Source: Flavobacteriaceae bacterium (GTDB lineage Bacteria; Bacteroidota; Bacteroidia; Flavobacteriales_C; GCA-002722245). Taken from it: a DNA stretch of 64,000 nt. Location: assembly GCA_964230605.1 (NCBI GenBank), contig CAXRIN010000058.1, positions 10,969 to 74,968 of the forward strand, read 5' to 3'. Both the position numbers and the translations under genes were made by a program. Below are positions 8,842 through 17,001 of this stretch, one piece after another (position 1 is the stretch's first letter; each line of letters starts with the position of its first letter). The notes beneath the pieces are model-generated. The model was not told the origin of the DNA. It was given only the letters and a program-made list of their open reading frames with translations, and searched no databases.

Positions 8842-10387
8842 AATACAGGTTGAATAAAGAAGTTCTGAAACCTGCGTAAAGGTAATGATGATTTTCTTTA
8901 TTACCGGCCAACCATTGAGTTCTATTTTGATATCCCAGCTCCAGCATCAGCATATATTTTGGATTTAGGATATATCTAACTTTTGTATCCCAATGAATCT
9001 GTTTATAGGGTGTTCCATACCCGGCTTTGTAACCATTCTCAAATTCACGATCAAAATAAGGCTTGAAAATATCCTTACCGTTTGAAATTGAATCTACCAA
9101 CTCCTCTCCACCATTTAAGTATACTACCTTCGCATTCAAATTCCATCTTTTAACTCTATAATTTACAACTCCGATAAGTTCTTGAAAATTAGCCCCATAT
9201 GGATGAGCAAGAGAGTTATAATTGTGTCCATAATTTAATCCAGATGTCCTGTGAGAATAAGTAAATGGCCGAATAAAGTTGTGCTCTGCTAAAATCACTA
9301 AATTCTCAATTGGCAAATTATGGAGTTTAACACCTAATTGATATCCATATTTGTTAGCCCACCAAGTAGGATTATTCAAAAGATTATCTGAATGTAATTC
9401 ATCCATAATCAATTGACCATAAAGGTTAGTTGTTTTATGAGGATCCCAACTAACATTTAATCCCATTAACATATTATCCGGAGAGCCGATGTTATACTCT
9501 TGAGGCCTCATAATAACGAATGGGTTCAAATAATTGATCTCTAATGCATTTCTATCTATTGAATCACCTTGCCATATAACCGCTTCAAAAACAGCAATTT
9601 TTAATTTCTTAGTTGCTAAAAAATCCAGAAAATGAAAGCTTCCATATTTTTTACGTTTTAACCCATCGCCTACCAAATCGTTTGTGAAATCAATAAACTC
9701 GGCAATAATATTGGAGTATTTAATTCTTCCGATATTTAAATCATTCTTTAAGAAAGGATAGTTTCCAGCGGCATCAGACAATAATAAGCTTCGATAACCA
9801 TTTCCTAAAAAGTTTTTTCCATGACCTGCGGTTAACGTATAATATTTATTTGCTTCATACACGAGTCCGCCATAAGAAACAGCATATTCTGATTTTGTAT
9901 ATGGATTTTTTACCTCGGCTTCTCCGGGCGCAACAGCTGTATTTTCAACGATACGTGAAATTCTTGGGTCAAACTGCTGATGATTTTCATAATAGGCAGA
10001 AACCCACTTAAATTTGGTTCCAATAGTCCCCCTTGCTACAGCGCCTCTTCTTAAACTTATGTAATCATTATTGCCTAATTCACAATCGCAGTAAGGATTA
10101 ATTCGGACAGAGTAATTTTCATTTTTAAAACCAATCACATTTTTGTTTAAAAACCAATCAAAAATGGAATATTTTGAACTCAAATTAAAAGTATCAGAAG
10201 ATAATGTTTCAAATACAAAATGACTTTCAAAACTAGAATTACTCGAATTCAACATTGTATCACCAACTGATAATTCTTTATCAAACATCCATTCAATCTC
10301 ATGATTCATAAGATTAAACTGCCCTTTTGAGTAAAAGGAAAAGAAAGAAAAAAGTAATAAAACAAACTTGAATTTAGCTTGCAACAC
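8831..10387 (-). CDS. Capsule-assembly Wzi family / RemB-like outer-membrane beta-barrel protein (copy 1)
   Basis: Signal peptide. GHGKNFLGNGYRSLLLSDAAGNYPF core that aligns with the neighbouring gene, and a C-terminal YYDY. Confidence 0.55.
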   Translation of the reverse strand: MLQAKFKFVLLLFSFFSFYSKGQFNLMNHEIEWMFDKELSVGDTMLNSSNSSFESHFVFETLSSDTFNLSSKYSIFDWFLNKNVIGFKNENYSVRINPYCDCELGNNDYISLRRGAVARGTIGTKFKWVSAYYENHQQFDPRISRIVENTAVAPGEAEVKNPYTKSEYAVSYGGLVYEANKYYTLTAGHGKNFLGNGYRSLLLSDAAGNYPFLKNDLNIGRIKYSNIIAEFIDFTNDLVGDGLKRKKYGSFHFLDFLATKKLKIAVFEAVIWQGDSIDRNALEINYLNPFVIMRPQEYNIGSPDNMLMGLNVSWDPHKTTNLYGQLIMDELHSDNLLNNPTWWANKYGYQLGVKLHNLPIENLVILAEHNFIRPFTYSHRTSGLNYGHNYNSLAHPYGANFQELIGVVNYRVKRWNLNAKVVYLNGGEELVDSISNGKDIFKPYFDREFENGYKAGYGTPYKQIHWDTKVRYILNPKYMLMLELGYQNRTQWLAGNKENHHYLYAGFRTSLFNLYYDY

Positions 10388-11495
10388 TTTTACTTGATTT
10401 TGATTTTTTTACTGGTTCAGGATGAACAATTTTCAAAGCTCCTTTATTATTTCTCCTGCGTAATACAAAAGAAGGAATTGTTGTAAATATAGATGCGATA
10501 ACTATTTCAACAGCAAGTAACTCCAAACTTCCAATATTTCTTAAAGAGTAAATGGTAACAATAAAAAGAACATTAAAAGTCATAATAGTGACCGACGCTT
10601 TCATGTGAGAAAAGCCAAGTTCTAACAATCTATGATGTATATGATTCTTATCTGGATTTAATGGACTTTTACCCTTTAAAGCTCTAAAAATAAATACCCT
10701 TAAAGTATCAAAAAGAGGAACAATTAGAATTCCAAATGCAAGAATTGGAACCGAATTTAATCCCCAGTTGGACTCCGGGCTAAGTTGAATGAAATAAATG
10801 GTTTGAACTCCAATTATTAACCCAAGGATCAATGATCCTGTATCACCCATAAATATTTTAGCTGGCGTTTTATTAAACCATAAAAACCCAAACAAAGATC
10901 CAACGAGAGAGGCTGAAATGATCGCCAAATTCAAATGTCCTGTCACATAAAACCACACTCCTAAAAAAGAAGAAACTACAACAGACACACCTGCGGATAA
11001 CCAATTGATACCATCAATTAAGTTAAAACCATTCATAATGACAACTAATGTGAAGATTGTAAGTGTAGCTGAAATTTCTGGAGTTAATTGATCAATGCCT
11101 AAAAACCCATACATACTAGTAATCCTTACACCTCCTAAAACAACCAAAATTCCAGCTGCTAAAAGTTGACCCATTAATTTTTTAATTGGAGCAGTAATTA
11201 GAATATCATCCTTTATTCCAATAAAAAAAATAATCATTAATGCTCCCACCAAGTAATTATAATTTAATGCTCCATCACTTACGATAGTAAGACTTGAACT
11301 AATCATAAAACCAGCAAAAATTGCTAGTCCACCTAAAGTGGGAATAACTTTTTCGTGAGATTTTCTTTCGTCTGGAACATCATACAAATGCTTCAAATAA
11401 GAAACTCTAATTACAGAAGGAATTGCAATTAATACGATTAATAGGCTAGATATGAAAGCTAGAACTAGTTGTAGCATATACTTTGGCTGGGTCAA
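10374..11495 (-). CDS. MraY/WecA-family polyprenyl-phosphate N-acetylhexosamine-1-phosphate transferase (GT4 family)
   Basis: About 10 TM helices with motifs IGIKDD, NLIDGINWL and MGDTGSLILG, typical of WecA/WbpL/MraY-type initiating transferases. Confidence 0.85.
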   Translation of the reverse strand: MTQPKYMLQLVLAFISSLLIVLIAIPSVIRVSYLKHLYDVPDERKSHEKVIPTLGGLAIFAGFMISSSLTIVSDGALNYNYLVGALMIIFFIGIKDDILITAPIKKLMGQLLAAGILVVLGGVRITSMYGFLGIDQLTPEISATLTIFTLVVIMNGFNLIDGINWLSAGVSVVVSSFLGVWFYVTGHLNLAIISASLVGSLFGFLWFNKTPAKIFMGDTGSLILGLIIGVQTIYFIQLSPESNWGLNSVPILAFGILIVPLFDTLRVFIFRALKGKSPLNPDKNHIHHRLLELGFSHMKASVTIMTFNVLFIVTIYSLRNIGSLELLAVEIVIASIFTTIPSFVLRRRNNKGALKIVHPEPVKKSKSSKSVAS

Positions 11496-11557
11496 ATATA
11501 CGTAATAAAATTTTCCAAGCTAAGTAAAAGACTTATTCGGTAATGTTTGGTTGTCTG

Positions 11558-12769
11558 TTATTTAATAATCTCCTGCAGGTAATTACGCATTAAATCAGCC
11601 ATTTTTACACGATCAAAATCTTTAGCTAACTCCAAACATCCCTTTTGACAATTAGCATATGTATTTTTATCAGATTTTAATTTCACTAATTTCTCCAGAA
11701 AATCTTCTTTGTTTTCAGGTTCAAAGCATAACCCTGCTCCATATTTGTTTATGATATCTTGACTCTCCCCCTCAACTCCTAATAATATTGGAATTTGCAT
11801 AGCTGAGTTTTCAAAAATTTTAGAAGGTATTACCGTTTTAAATAAATCACTTTTTTTCAAAGGCACCAATGAAACATCCATCAATGATAAAACATCTGGG
11901 ACTTTCTCTTTTGGCATACTATCTAAGAAGGTAATATTTTTCAGATCTAATTTTAAAGCAAGATCTTTCAATTTATCCTTCTCTGCTCCATCACCCATTA
12001 AAATAAGATGTAAATCCAAGTCATCCTTTGGCCAAGAATTTAGAATAAAATCCAATTTATGGGCCATTCCATGCGTCCCAACATATCCTACAACGAATTT
12101 TCCTTCTAAGCCTAACTCTGAAACCAGTTCCTCATCTTTTTCTCTTTTAGAAAATCTACTCAAATTGGCTCCATTTCTTACAACCTTGATCTTATCTCCA
12201 TCAATTCCTCGGCTAATTAAATTCTGCTTAAATGACTCTGTAACAGAAATAACCCTAGTTGATCTCTTGTAAAGTCTTAATTCTATTTTTTCTAAAATCT
12301 TGAAAATTTTACTATCACCACTTATAGCCCCAACAGCTCTAATTGACTCGGGCCAAATATCTCTTAATTCGAAAATCCATGGCTTTCTTTTAAAAACAGA
12401 TAATGTTTCGGCAGTCCATGTTGTGAAAAATTGTGGTGAAGTACCAATTATTACATCAGCCTTTTGAAAAAGTCCAGCCCAAAATGCCATGAAAGCAAAG
12501 CTCATAAAATCTATAATTCTTTTAGCAAAACCCTCATTTGCAGAAATATAAGACCATACTCTGATAACTTTTATTCCTTCTATCTCCTCCTTTTGATACA
12601 ATTTATTCTTATACCCATCATATACCTTTCCTTTAGGAAAATTTGGAGCACAAGTTATAACAGTTACTTCATCTCCTTTTTTAACCCATTCTTTACAGTG
12701 CTCAAAAGTTCTGGTTGCTGGCGCATTAACTTCTGGTGGAAAATTATCGGTTATAAAAAGGATTCTCAT
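11558..12769 (-). CDS. Glycosyltransferase family 4, WbuB-like
   Basis: N-terminus MRILFITDNFPPEVNAPATRTFEHCKEW and a GT-B C-terminal EGESQ/E-x7-E region. Resembles WbuB-type N-acetyl-amino-sugar transferases. Confidence 0.75.
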   Translation of the reverse strand: MRILFITDNFPPEVNAPATRTFEHCKEWVKKGDEVTVITCAPNFPKGKVYDGYKNKLYQKEEIEGIKVIRVWSYISANEGFAKRIIDFMSFAFMAFWAGLFQKADVIIGTSPQFFTTWTAETLSVFKRKPWIFELRDIWPESIRAVGAISGDSKIFKILEKIELRLYKRSTRVISVTESFKQNLISRGIDGDKIKVVRNGANLSRFSKREKDEELVSELGLEGKFVVGYVGTHGMAHKLDFILNSWPKDDLDLHLILMGDGAEKDKLKDLALKLDLKNITFLDSMPKEKVPDVLSLMDVSLVPLKKSDLFKTVIPSKIFENSAMQIPILLGVEGESQDIINKYGAGLCFEPENKEDFLEKLVKLKSDKNTYANCQKGCLELAKDFDRVKMADLMRNYLQEIIK

Positions 12770-12782
12770 TTTTTAAAATTAC

Positions 12783-14381
12783 TTATTTATTACAGCTAGT
12801 TAAGGTAACCTTCGTTTTAAGTTGCTCTTTAAATATAACTTCTATCATATTGGCATTTTCGGTTTTATTGTATCCATGGGCATAAGTATACTCTTTAATG
12901 CGAATACTTTCAGCTCCCTCGAATTCAATTTCACAACCATCAACCTTTACCTGATTATCTATCAATTCAACTCCGATATTAGGGTGAAAATGGTAATACG
13001 AACTACTCTTGGAAGTCAGTATCCCTTTTGAAACCATATTATCTTCAATAAAAATCGTCTTTGTTTGAAATTCAATTTTTCTTTGATGATATATCCCGTA
13101 CCTTTTGTAACCATCATGATAACCTGTGATAGAGTTATCAGACTCATCGGTAATTACAGCCTTAGCCCTTCTTCCTACTCTGAAACCTCCCCAAACTTCA
13201 GATTGATCAATTTTATCATATCTAACTGTATTATGACTAGAAGTACTTCTCTCTCTTTGACGACGGAATCCTACATCATATGTGGAAATTCCAGGATCAA
13301 CAATGACTGGCTGACCTTGGCAATTTAAAAGAAAGTTAAAAGTATCTGAATGGGCGTGTCCTGGGATGTATGAAGGTCCAATTTCTCCGTAATCAACAAA
13401 CAATTCAACTTCACTGTCCCTGAACATTCTATACCCTGAATCTTTCAATTCTGATTTTTTCCAATTGATATTTAATCTTTTAGCATAGTCAAACAATTCC
13501 TCTGATGTTACCGAAATACCTTCAGTCGAATCATTTACTCGAGGTGTTGTTCCATTTGAAAAAGTTACTGCATCTAACCAACCCAACATTTTTTCAGCTG
13601 TTGCAAGCAAAAATTCTTCGAAAACCAAATCCTCATACACATCTCTATTATTCTTACATAAATTGTAAGTATCTAGTAATCTATGTAATATAATTTTATG
13701 GTACATCGGACTTAATTCAAAATGAGCCCCATCCCCTAGAATTTGTTCTCGCAATTCAATTGATACAATCTCTTTTCCTTTTTGATATAATTCATTTCCC
13801 TTAAAATAATACCCTCCAAATAGAAGTGAAAATCCATTTTCTAACAAATGATTTCCTAAAAGATGATATTCTAATTTATCCAATAGAATACGATACTGAC
13901 TGTATAGATATAAATCAATTGATTTCTTCTCAATTTGGTGAAGAGATAAAAATTTAACCCAGTTAATCCCTCTTAATGAAATTGGATAAGGTTCATTGGC
14001 GTTTTTTAAATCTCTAATCTGATCGATGAAGAGATAAATTAAAGCTTGACCAATTTCCGAAGACATTTCTTTCTGATTCAGAAAGTCGAAATAATTCAAG
14101 TTGTAAGCCCATAATTTGCCATTTTCCATGTAATCCCAATCGATACCATCTGAAAATGTAACGGACTTGTTTAAAAACTTAAAACTGTTGGATTTGTAAG
14201 ACTCTCCGTTAGGAATAATCTCAGTAAAATTCAACGGTTTTCCTTTTCTGTATAAGTTAAACTTATACTTAAAGTTTACAAAGCTTCTATACTTAGCTCT
14301 AAATGCATAAAATAATCTAAATGCAATTTGTTTAAGCTTTAGATGAATTACTGTTCTAAGAAGTAAAAATATATTGCTCAT
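12783..14381 (-). CDS. Heparinase II/III family (alginate-lyase-fold) protein, no signal peptide
   Basis: GHAHSDTFNFLL motif and the surrounding C-terminal beta-sandwich pattern of heparinase II/III-like proteins, with an N-terminal alpha-helical toroid-like half. The N-terminus is not signal-peptide-like. Confidence 0.7.
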   Translation of the reverse strand: MSNIFLLLRTVIHLKLKQIAFRLFYAFRAKYRSFVNFKYKFNLYRKGKPLNFTEIIPNGESYKSNSFKFLNKSVTFSDGIDWDYMENGKLWAYNLNYFDFLNQKEMSSEIGQALIYLFIDQIRDLKNANEPYPISLRGINWVKFLSLHQIEKKSIDLYLYSQYRILLDKLEYHLLGNHLLENGFSLLFGGYYFKGNELYQKGKEIVSIELREQILGDGAHFELSPMYHKIILHRLLDTYNLCKNNRDVYEDLVFEEFLLATAEKMLGWLDAVTFSNGTTPRVNDSTEGISVTSEELFDYAKRLNINWKKSELKDSGYRMFRDSEVELFVDYGEIGPSYIPGHAHSDTFNFLLNCQGQPVIVDPGISTYDVGFRRQRERSTSSHNTVRYDKIDQSEVWGGFRVGRRAKAVITDESDNSITGYHDGYKRYGIYHQRKIEFQTKTIFIEDNMVSKGILTSKSSSYYHFHPNIGVELIDNQVKVDGCEIEFEGAESIRIKEYTYAHGYNKTENANMIEVIFKEQLKTKVTLTSCNK

Positions 14382-16525
14382 TACAACTTTTGTAATTCAC
14401 CGGTTTTAAGTGATTTTAAAACAGCAAAAGTAACTTTAGAAGTTGAATATAATTCATCAAAGCTAATAGCTAATTTTCCTTTTTCAACTGCCGTTTTCAA
14501 CGCTTTGAATTCCCCTTTAAAGCCTTTGTCTTGATTAGCATTTTTTGATTTTGTAGATTTTCCACCCTTGAAAATTTCTAATTCACGGAAGTTATCCATC
14601 TTCATTGCAATATCAGGAGCAAAAAGCTCTATATACTCCTTTGGTAACTGACTATTTCCAAAAGCATAGTAGTTAATAACAGCTGTAGATCCGTTTTGAT
14701 ATTTAATGGTAATACTTACATTATCTTCATCAGGAACGCTTTGATCTGGCTTGGTAACACAACTCGCAAATACACTCTCTGGCAATGAACCAACCAAATA
14801 AGTACAAGCGTCGATAAAGTGACAAACTTCTCCTAAAATTCTTCCTCCTCCAACTTCAGGATCTTGAATCCAAACATCTGTTGGAATAGTTCCAGCATTA
14901 ACACGGTAATTAATACTCATTGGCAATTCGCCAACAACCTTTTTCATTTCAGTCACCAAAGGCGCAAATCTTCGGTTATAACCAACTTGTAAAACAGGTT
15001 TCTTTTCAGCGGTTGAGTAAAATGTTTTTATATCCTCTAATTCATTTTCATAAATGGCTAGCGGCTTTTCTACGAAAACGTTCTTACCTGCTTTCAGTGA
15101 ATTTAAAACCTTTTCTCCATGATCATTGTGACGAGTTGTAATAAACACGGTATTGATTTCATCACTTTTTAACAGTTCTTGATAATCAGTTGTGATATAC
15201 TTGAATTCGTGCTTATTTCCTGTTGAATGAGCACTAACTCCAGTTGCCGTACATAATCCAACAAAATTTGAATTTCCAACTTCCTTTAAATTTGGAATAA
15301 TAACCGATTTGGTAAAGTTTCCTGCTCCAATTAATCCAACATTAAGTGCATCGGATTTTACAGCTGCATCAGATATTTTTACTAACTCAGATTTTAATTC
15401 AACCCCTTCTTTATAATTTAATAAAATACCCAAGTAATCTTCTTGAATTTTTCCTTCCAGTAAATCATATGCAGTCAAAGCATTGTCAAATTCATATTCA
15501 TGAGTAACCATTTCTGATGGCGTAATTCTACCTTCATCTACCAAATCTAAAAAGGCTTCAAAGTTTCTTTGCTCTGTCCATCTAACATGCGGAAAAGGAT
15601 AATCAATCCCTTGCTCTTCATATTTCGGATCATATCTACCAGGACCATAAGCCATTGAAAGCTTTAATTCCAATTCCTTTTTGTAGTATTCATTTCTTGG
15701 TATATCCATACCAACTAAACCTACAACTACAACTCTTCCCTTCATTCTAGAAATTTCACCAGCATCCATAATTGGCTGATTACTAGAAGTACTTGCTGCT
15801 ATAATAACCGCATCAGCACCATTACCATTTGTAAACAAATTAGATTTTTCAATAACTTCATTTGGCACACAAACTTCATCAGCACCCAATTTTTTCGCTA
15901 ATTCTAATTTCTTAGGGTCAAAATCTGTCCCTAACACTTTACATCCGTTTGCCTTTAATAGTTGAACTGTGATTTGACCTAGCAAACCTAATCCCATAAC
16001 CACGATTCTTTCTCCTAAAGTAGGAGCCGTTTGTCTGATTCCTTGAAGAGCTATTGAACCAACTGTTACAAAAGATGCATCAGCGTCACTAACATTTTTG
16101 GGAACCTTTACAAAAAGATTCTTCGGAACATAATTTATTTCACTGTGATTGGCATATCCTGCACCTCCACAAGCAACACGATCACCAACGGAAACACCAG
16201 TAACTTTAGAACCAACCTGCACAACTTCTCCAACACATGAATACCCCAAAGGTATTGGAGTATCTAACTTAGTAAATACTTTTTCAAGCGTATTTTTAAT
16301 ACCCTCTTGTTTCATTTTATTTACCACTTGTTTAACCAAATCAGGACGAGCTTTTGCCTTTCCTACTAATGATTTTTTGGCTAAATCAACAATCATTTTT
16401 TCAGTTCCCGCCGAAACAAGTGATGTTTTAGTTTTAACTAAAACACCATTTTCACCACAAATTGGTGCCGGCACCTCAAATACTCCTAATTCTCCAGTTT
16501 TGTATGATTGGATAAGTTGCTTCAT
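14381..16525 (-). CDS. Bi-domain oxidoreductase: Zn-dependent alcohol dehydrogenase/MDR domain fused to a Gfo/Idh/MocA domain
   Basis: The N-terminal half has MDR motifs (GYSCVGEV, GDRVACGG, VMGLGLLGQ). The C-terminal half has a Gfo/Idh/MocA Rossmann (VGLIGAGNFTKSVIIP) and the EKPL motif. I prefer ATG 16525 (MKQLIQSY) to the track start at 16600. Confidence 0.8.
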   Translation of the reverse strand: MKQLIQSYKTGELGVFEVPAPICGENGVLVKTKTSLVSAGTEKMIVDLAKKSLVGKAKARPDLVKQVVNKMKQEGIKNTLEKVFTKLDTPIPLGYSCVGEVVQVGSKVTGVSVGDRVACGGAGYANHSEINYVPKNLFVKVPKNVSDADASFVTVGSIALQGIRQTAPTLGERIVVMGLGLLGQITVQLLKANGCKVLGTDFDPKKLELAKKLGADEVCVPNEVIEKSNLFTNGNGADAVIIAASTSSNQPIMDAGEISRMKGRVVVVGLVGMDIPRNEYYKKELELKLSMAYGPGRYDPKYEEQGIDYPFPHVRWTEQRNFEAFLDLVDEGRITPSEMVTHEYEFDNALTAYDLLEGKIQEDYLGILLNYKEGVELKSELVKISDAAVKSDALNVGLIGAGNFTKSVIIPNLKEVGNSNFVGLCTATGVSAHSTGNKHEFKYITTDYQELLKSDEINTVFITTRHNDHGEKVLNSLKAGKNVFVEKPLAIYENELEDIKTFYSTAEKKPVLQVGYNRRFAPLVTEMKKVVGELPMSINYRVNAGTIPTDVWIQDPEVGGGRILGEVCHFIDACTYLVGSLPESVFASCVTKPDQSVPDEDNVSITIKYQNGSTAVINYYAFGNSQLPKEYIELFAPDIAMKMDNFRELEIFKGGKSTKSKNANQDKGFKGEFKALKTAVEKGKLAISFDELYSTSKVTFAVLKSLKTGELQKL

Positions 16526-16546
16526 GCTTCTGTTAGATTTTGGGGA

Positions 16547-16554
16547 CAAATATA
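16547..16554 (-). promoter_or_regulatory. Bacteroidota-type -7 box (TATATTTG) of polysaccharide operon A
   Basis: The minus strand reads TATATTTG, 21 nt upstream of ATG 16525, matching TAnnTTTG. Confidence 0.4.
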
Positions 16555-16619
16555 GCAAGCAAAACCCAGTGTTAAGGGACGATTTTGTTTTATTATCCAA
16601 AATCAGTTGTGTTTAAAAC

Positions 16620-16649
16620 AAAAAAGCCATCTAGATGGACTAGATGGCT
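16620..16649 (-). terminator. Strong orphan Rho-independent terminator (minus-strand orientation)
   Basis: Perfect 10-bp stem AGCCATCTAG (16625-16634) / CTAGATGGCT (16640-16649) with a 5-nt loop. On the minus strand it is followed by TTTTTTGTTTT. No annotated minus-strand gene ends here. Confidence 0.55.
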
Positions 16650-16707
16650 GTGGGTAAGTTTAAAGAACGATTTAATAAGGTAAATATGTTTAATCAATTT
16701 TTGCTTG

Positions 16708-16733
16708 AAAAATGGGCGGGGCCTAATCCGCCC
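16708..16733 (-). terminator. Second terminator-like GC hairpin (minus-strand orientation)
   Basis: GGGCGG (16714-16719) / CCGCCC (16728-16733) with an 8-nt loop. On the minus strand it is followed by ATTTTTC. Confidence 0.35.
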
Positions 16734-16830
16734 AAATAAACCTATAATTATGAGATGGAATACCACCCTCAACTTTAACGAAAGTATTTCACTTTGCTTA
16801 GGTAACCTAAAAACAATACATGACTGTGGT

Positions 16831-16872
16831 TGGACAACCCCATATTCTACATCGGACAATCACTGGACAACC
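16831..16872. promoter_or_regulatory. Three phased (T/C)GGACAA(C/T)C repeats, candidate regulator-binding sites
   Basis: TGGACAACC at 16831, CGGACAATC at 16853 and TGGACAACC at 16864, with start-to-start spacing of 22 and 11 nt (one or two helical turns). The first copy sits within the palindrome GGTTGGACAACC. Confidence 0.35.
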
Positions 16873-17001
16873 ACTTACAAATAAAGTCTAGACACCCAAT
16901 TTCATTATGATTTTATCATTTTTTAGTTTTCTTTCTAGGATTCTATTAGTTTCGTAGCAAGGAATAAATGATTAATTTTTATCTACAATTTCCCTAAACC
17001 T

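Noticed and set aside
12783-14381. Heparinase II/III gene as part of a polysaccharide utilisation locus
   Set aside because: There is no SusC/SusD pair, no signal peptide, and it is coupled by overlap to biosynthetic genes. A catabolic PUL role is unlikely.
16149-16616. Long antisense ORFs opposite well-supported genes (for example 16149-16616, 38490-38870, 21225-21554, 62665-63045, 41790-42101)
   Set aside because: Each lies wholly within a longer ORF on the other strand that has clear family motifs. Their translations are low-complexity and Ser/Pro/Thr-rich, typical of shadow frames.
16593-16859. 88-aa minus-strand ORF in the long intergenic region
   Set aside because: It starts with TTG, has low-complexity basic/hydrophobic composition, and reads straight through two terminator-like hairpins and into the promoter region of operon A. 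It is more likely non-coding, so the region is reported as a regulatory/sRNA candidate instead.
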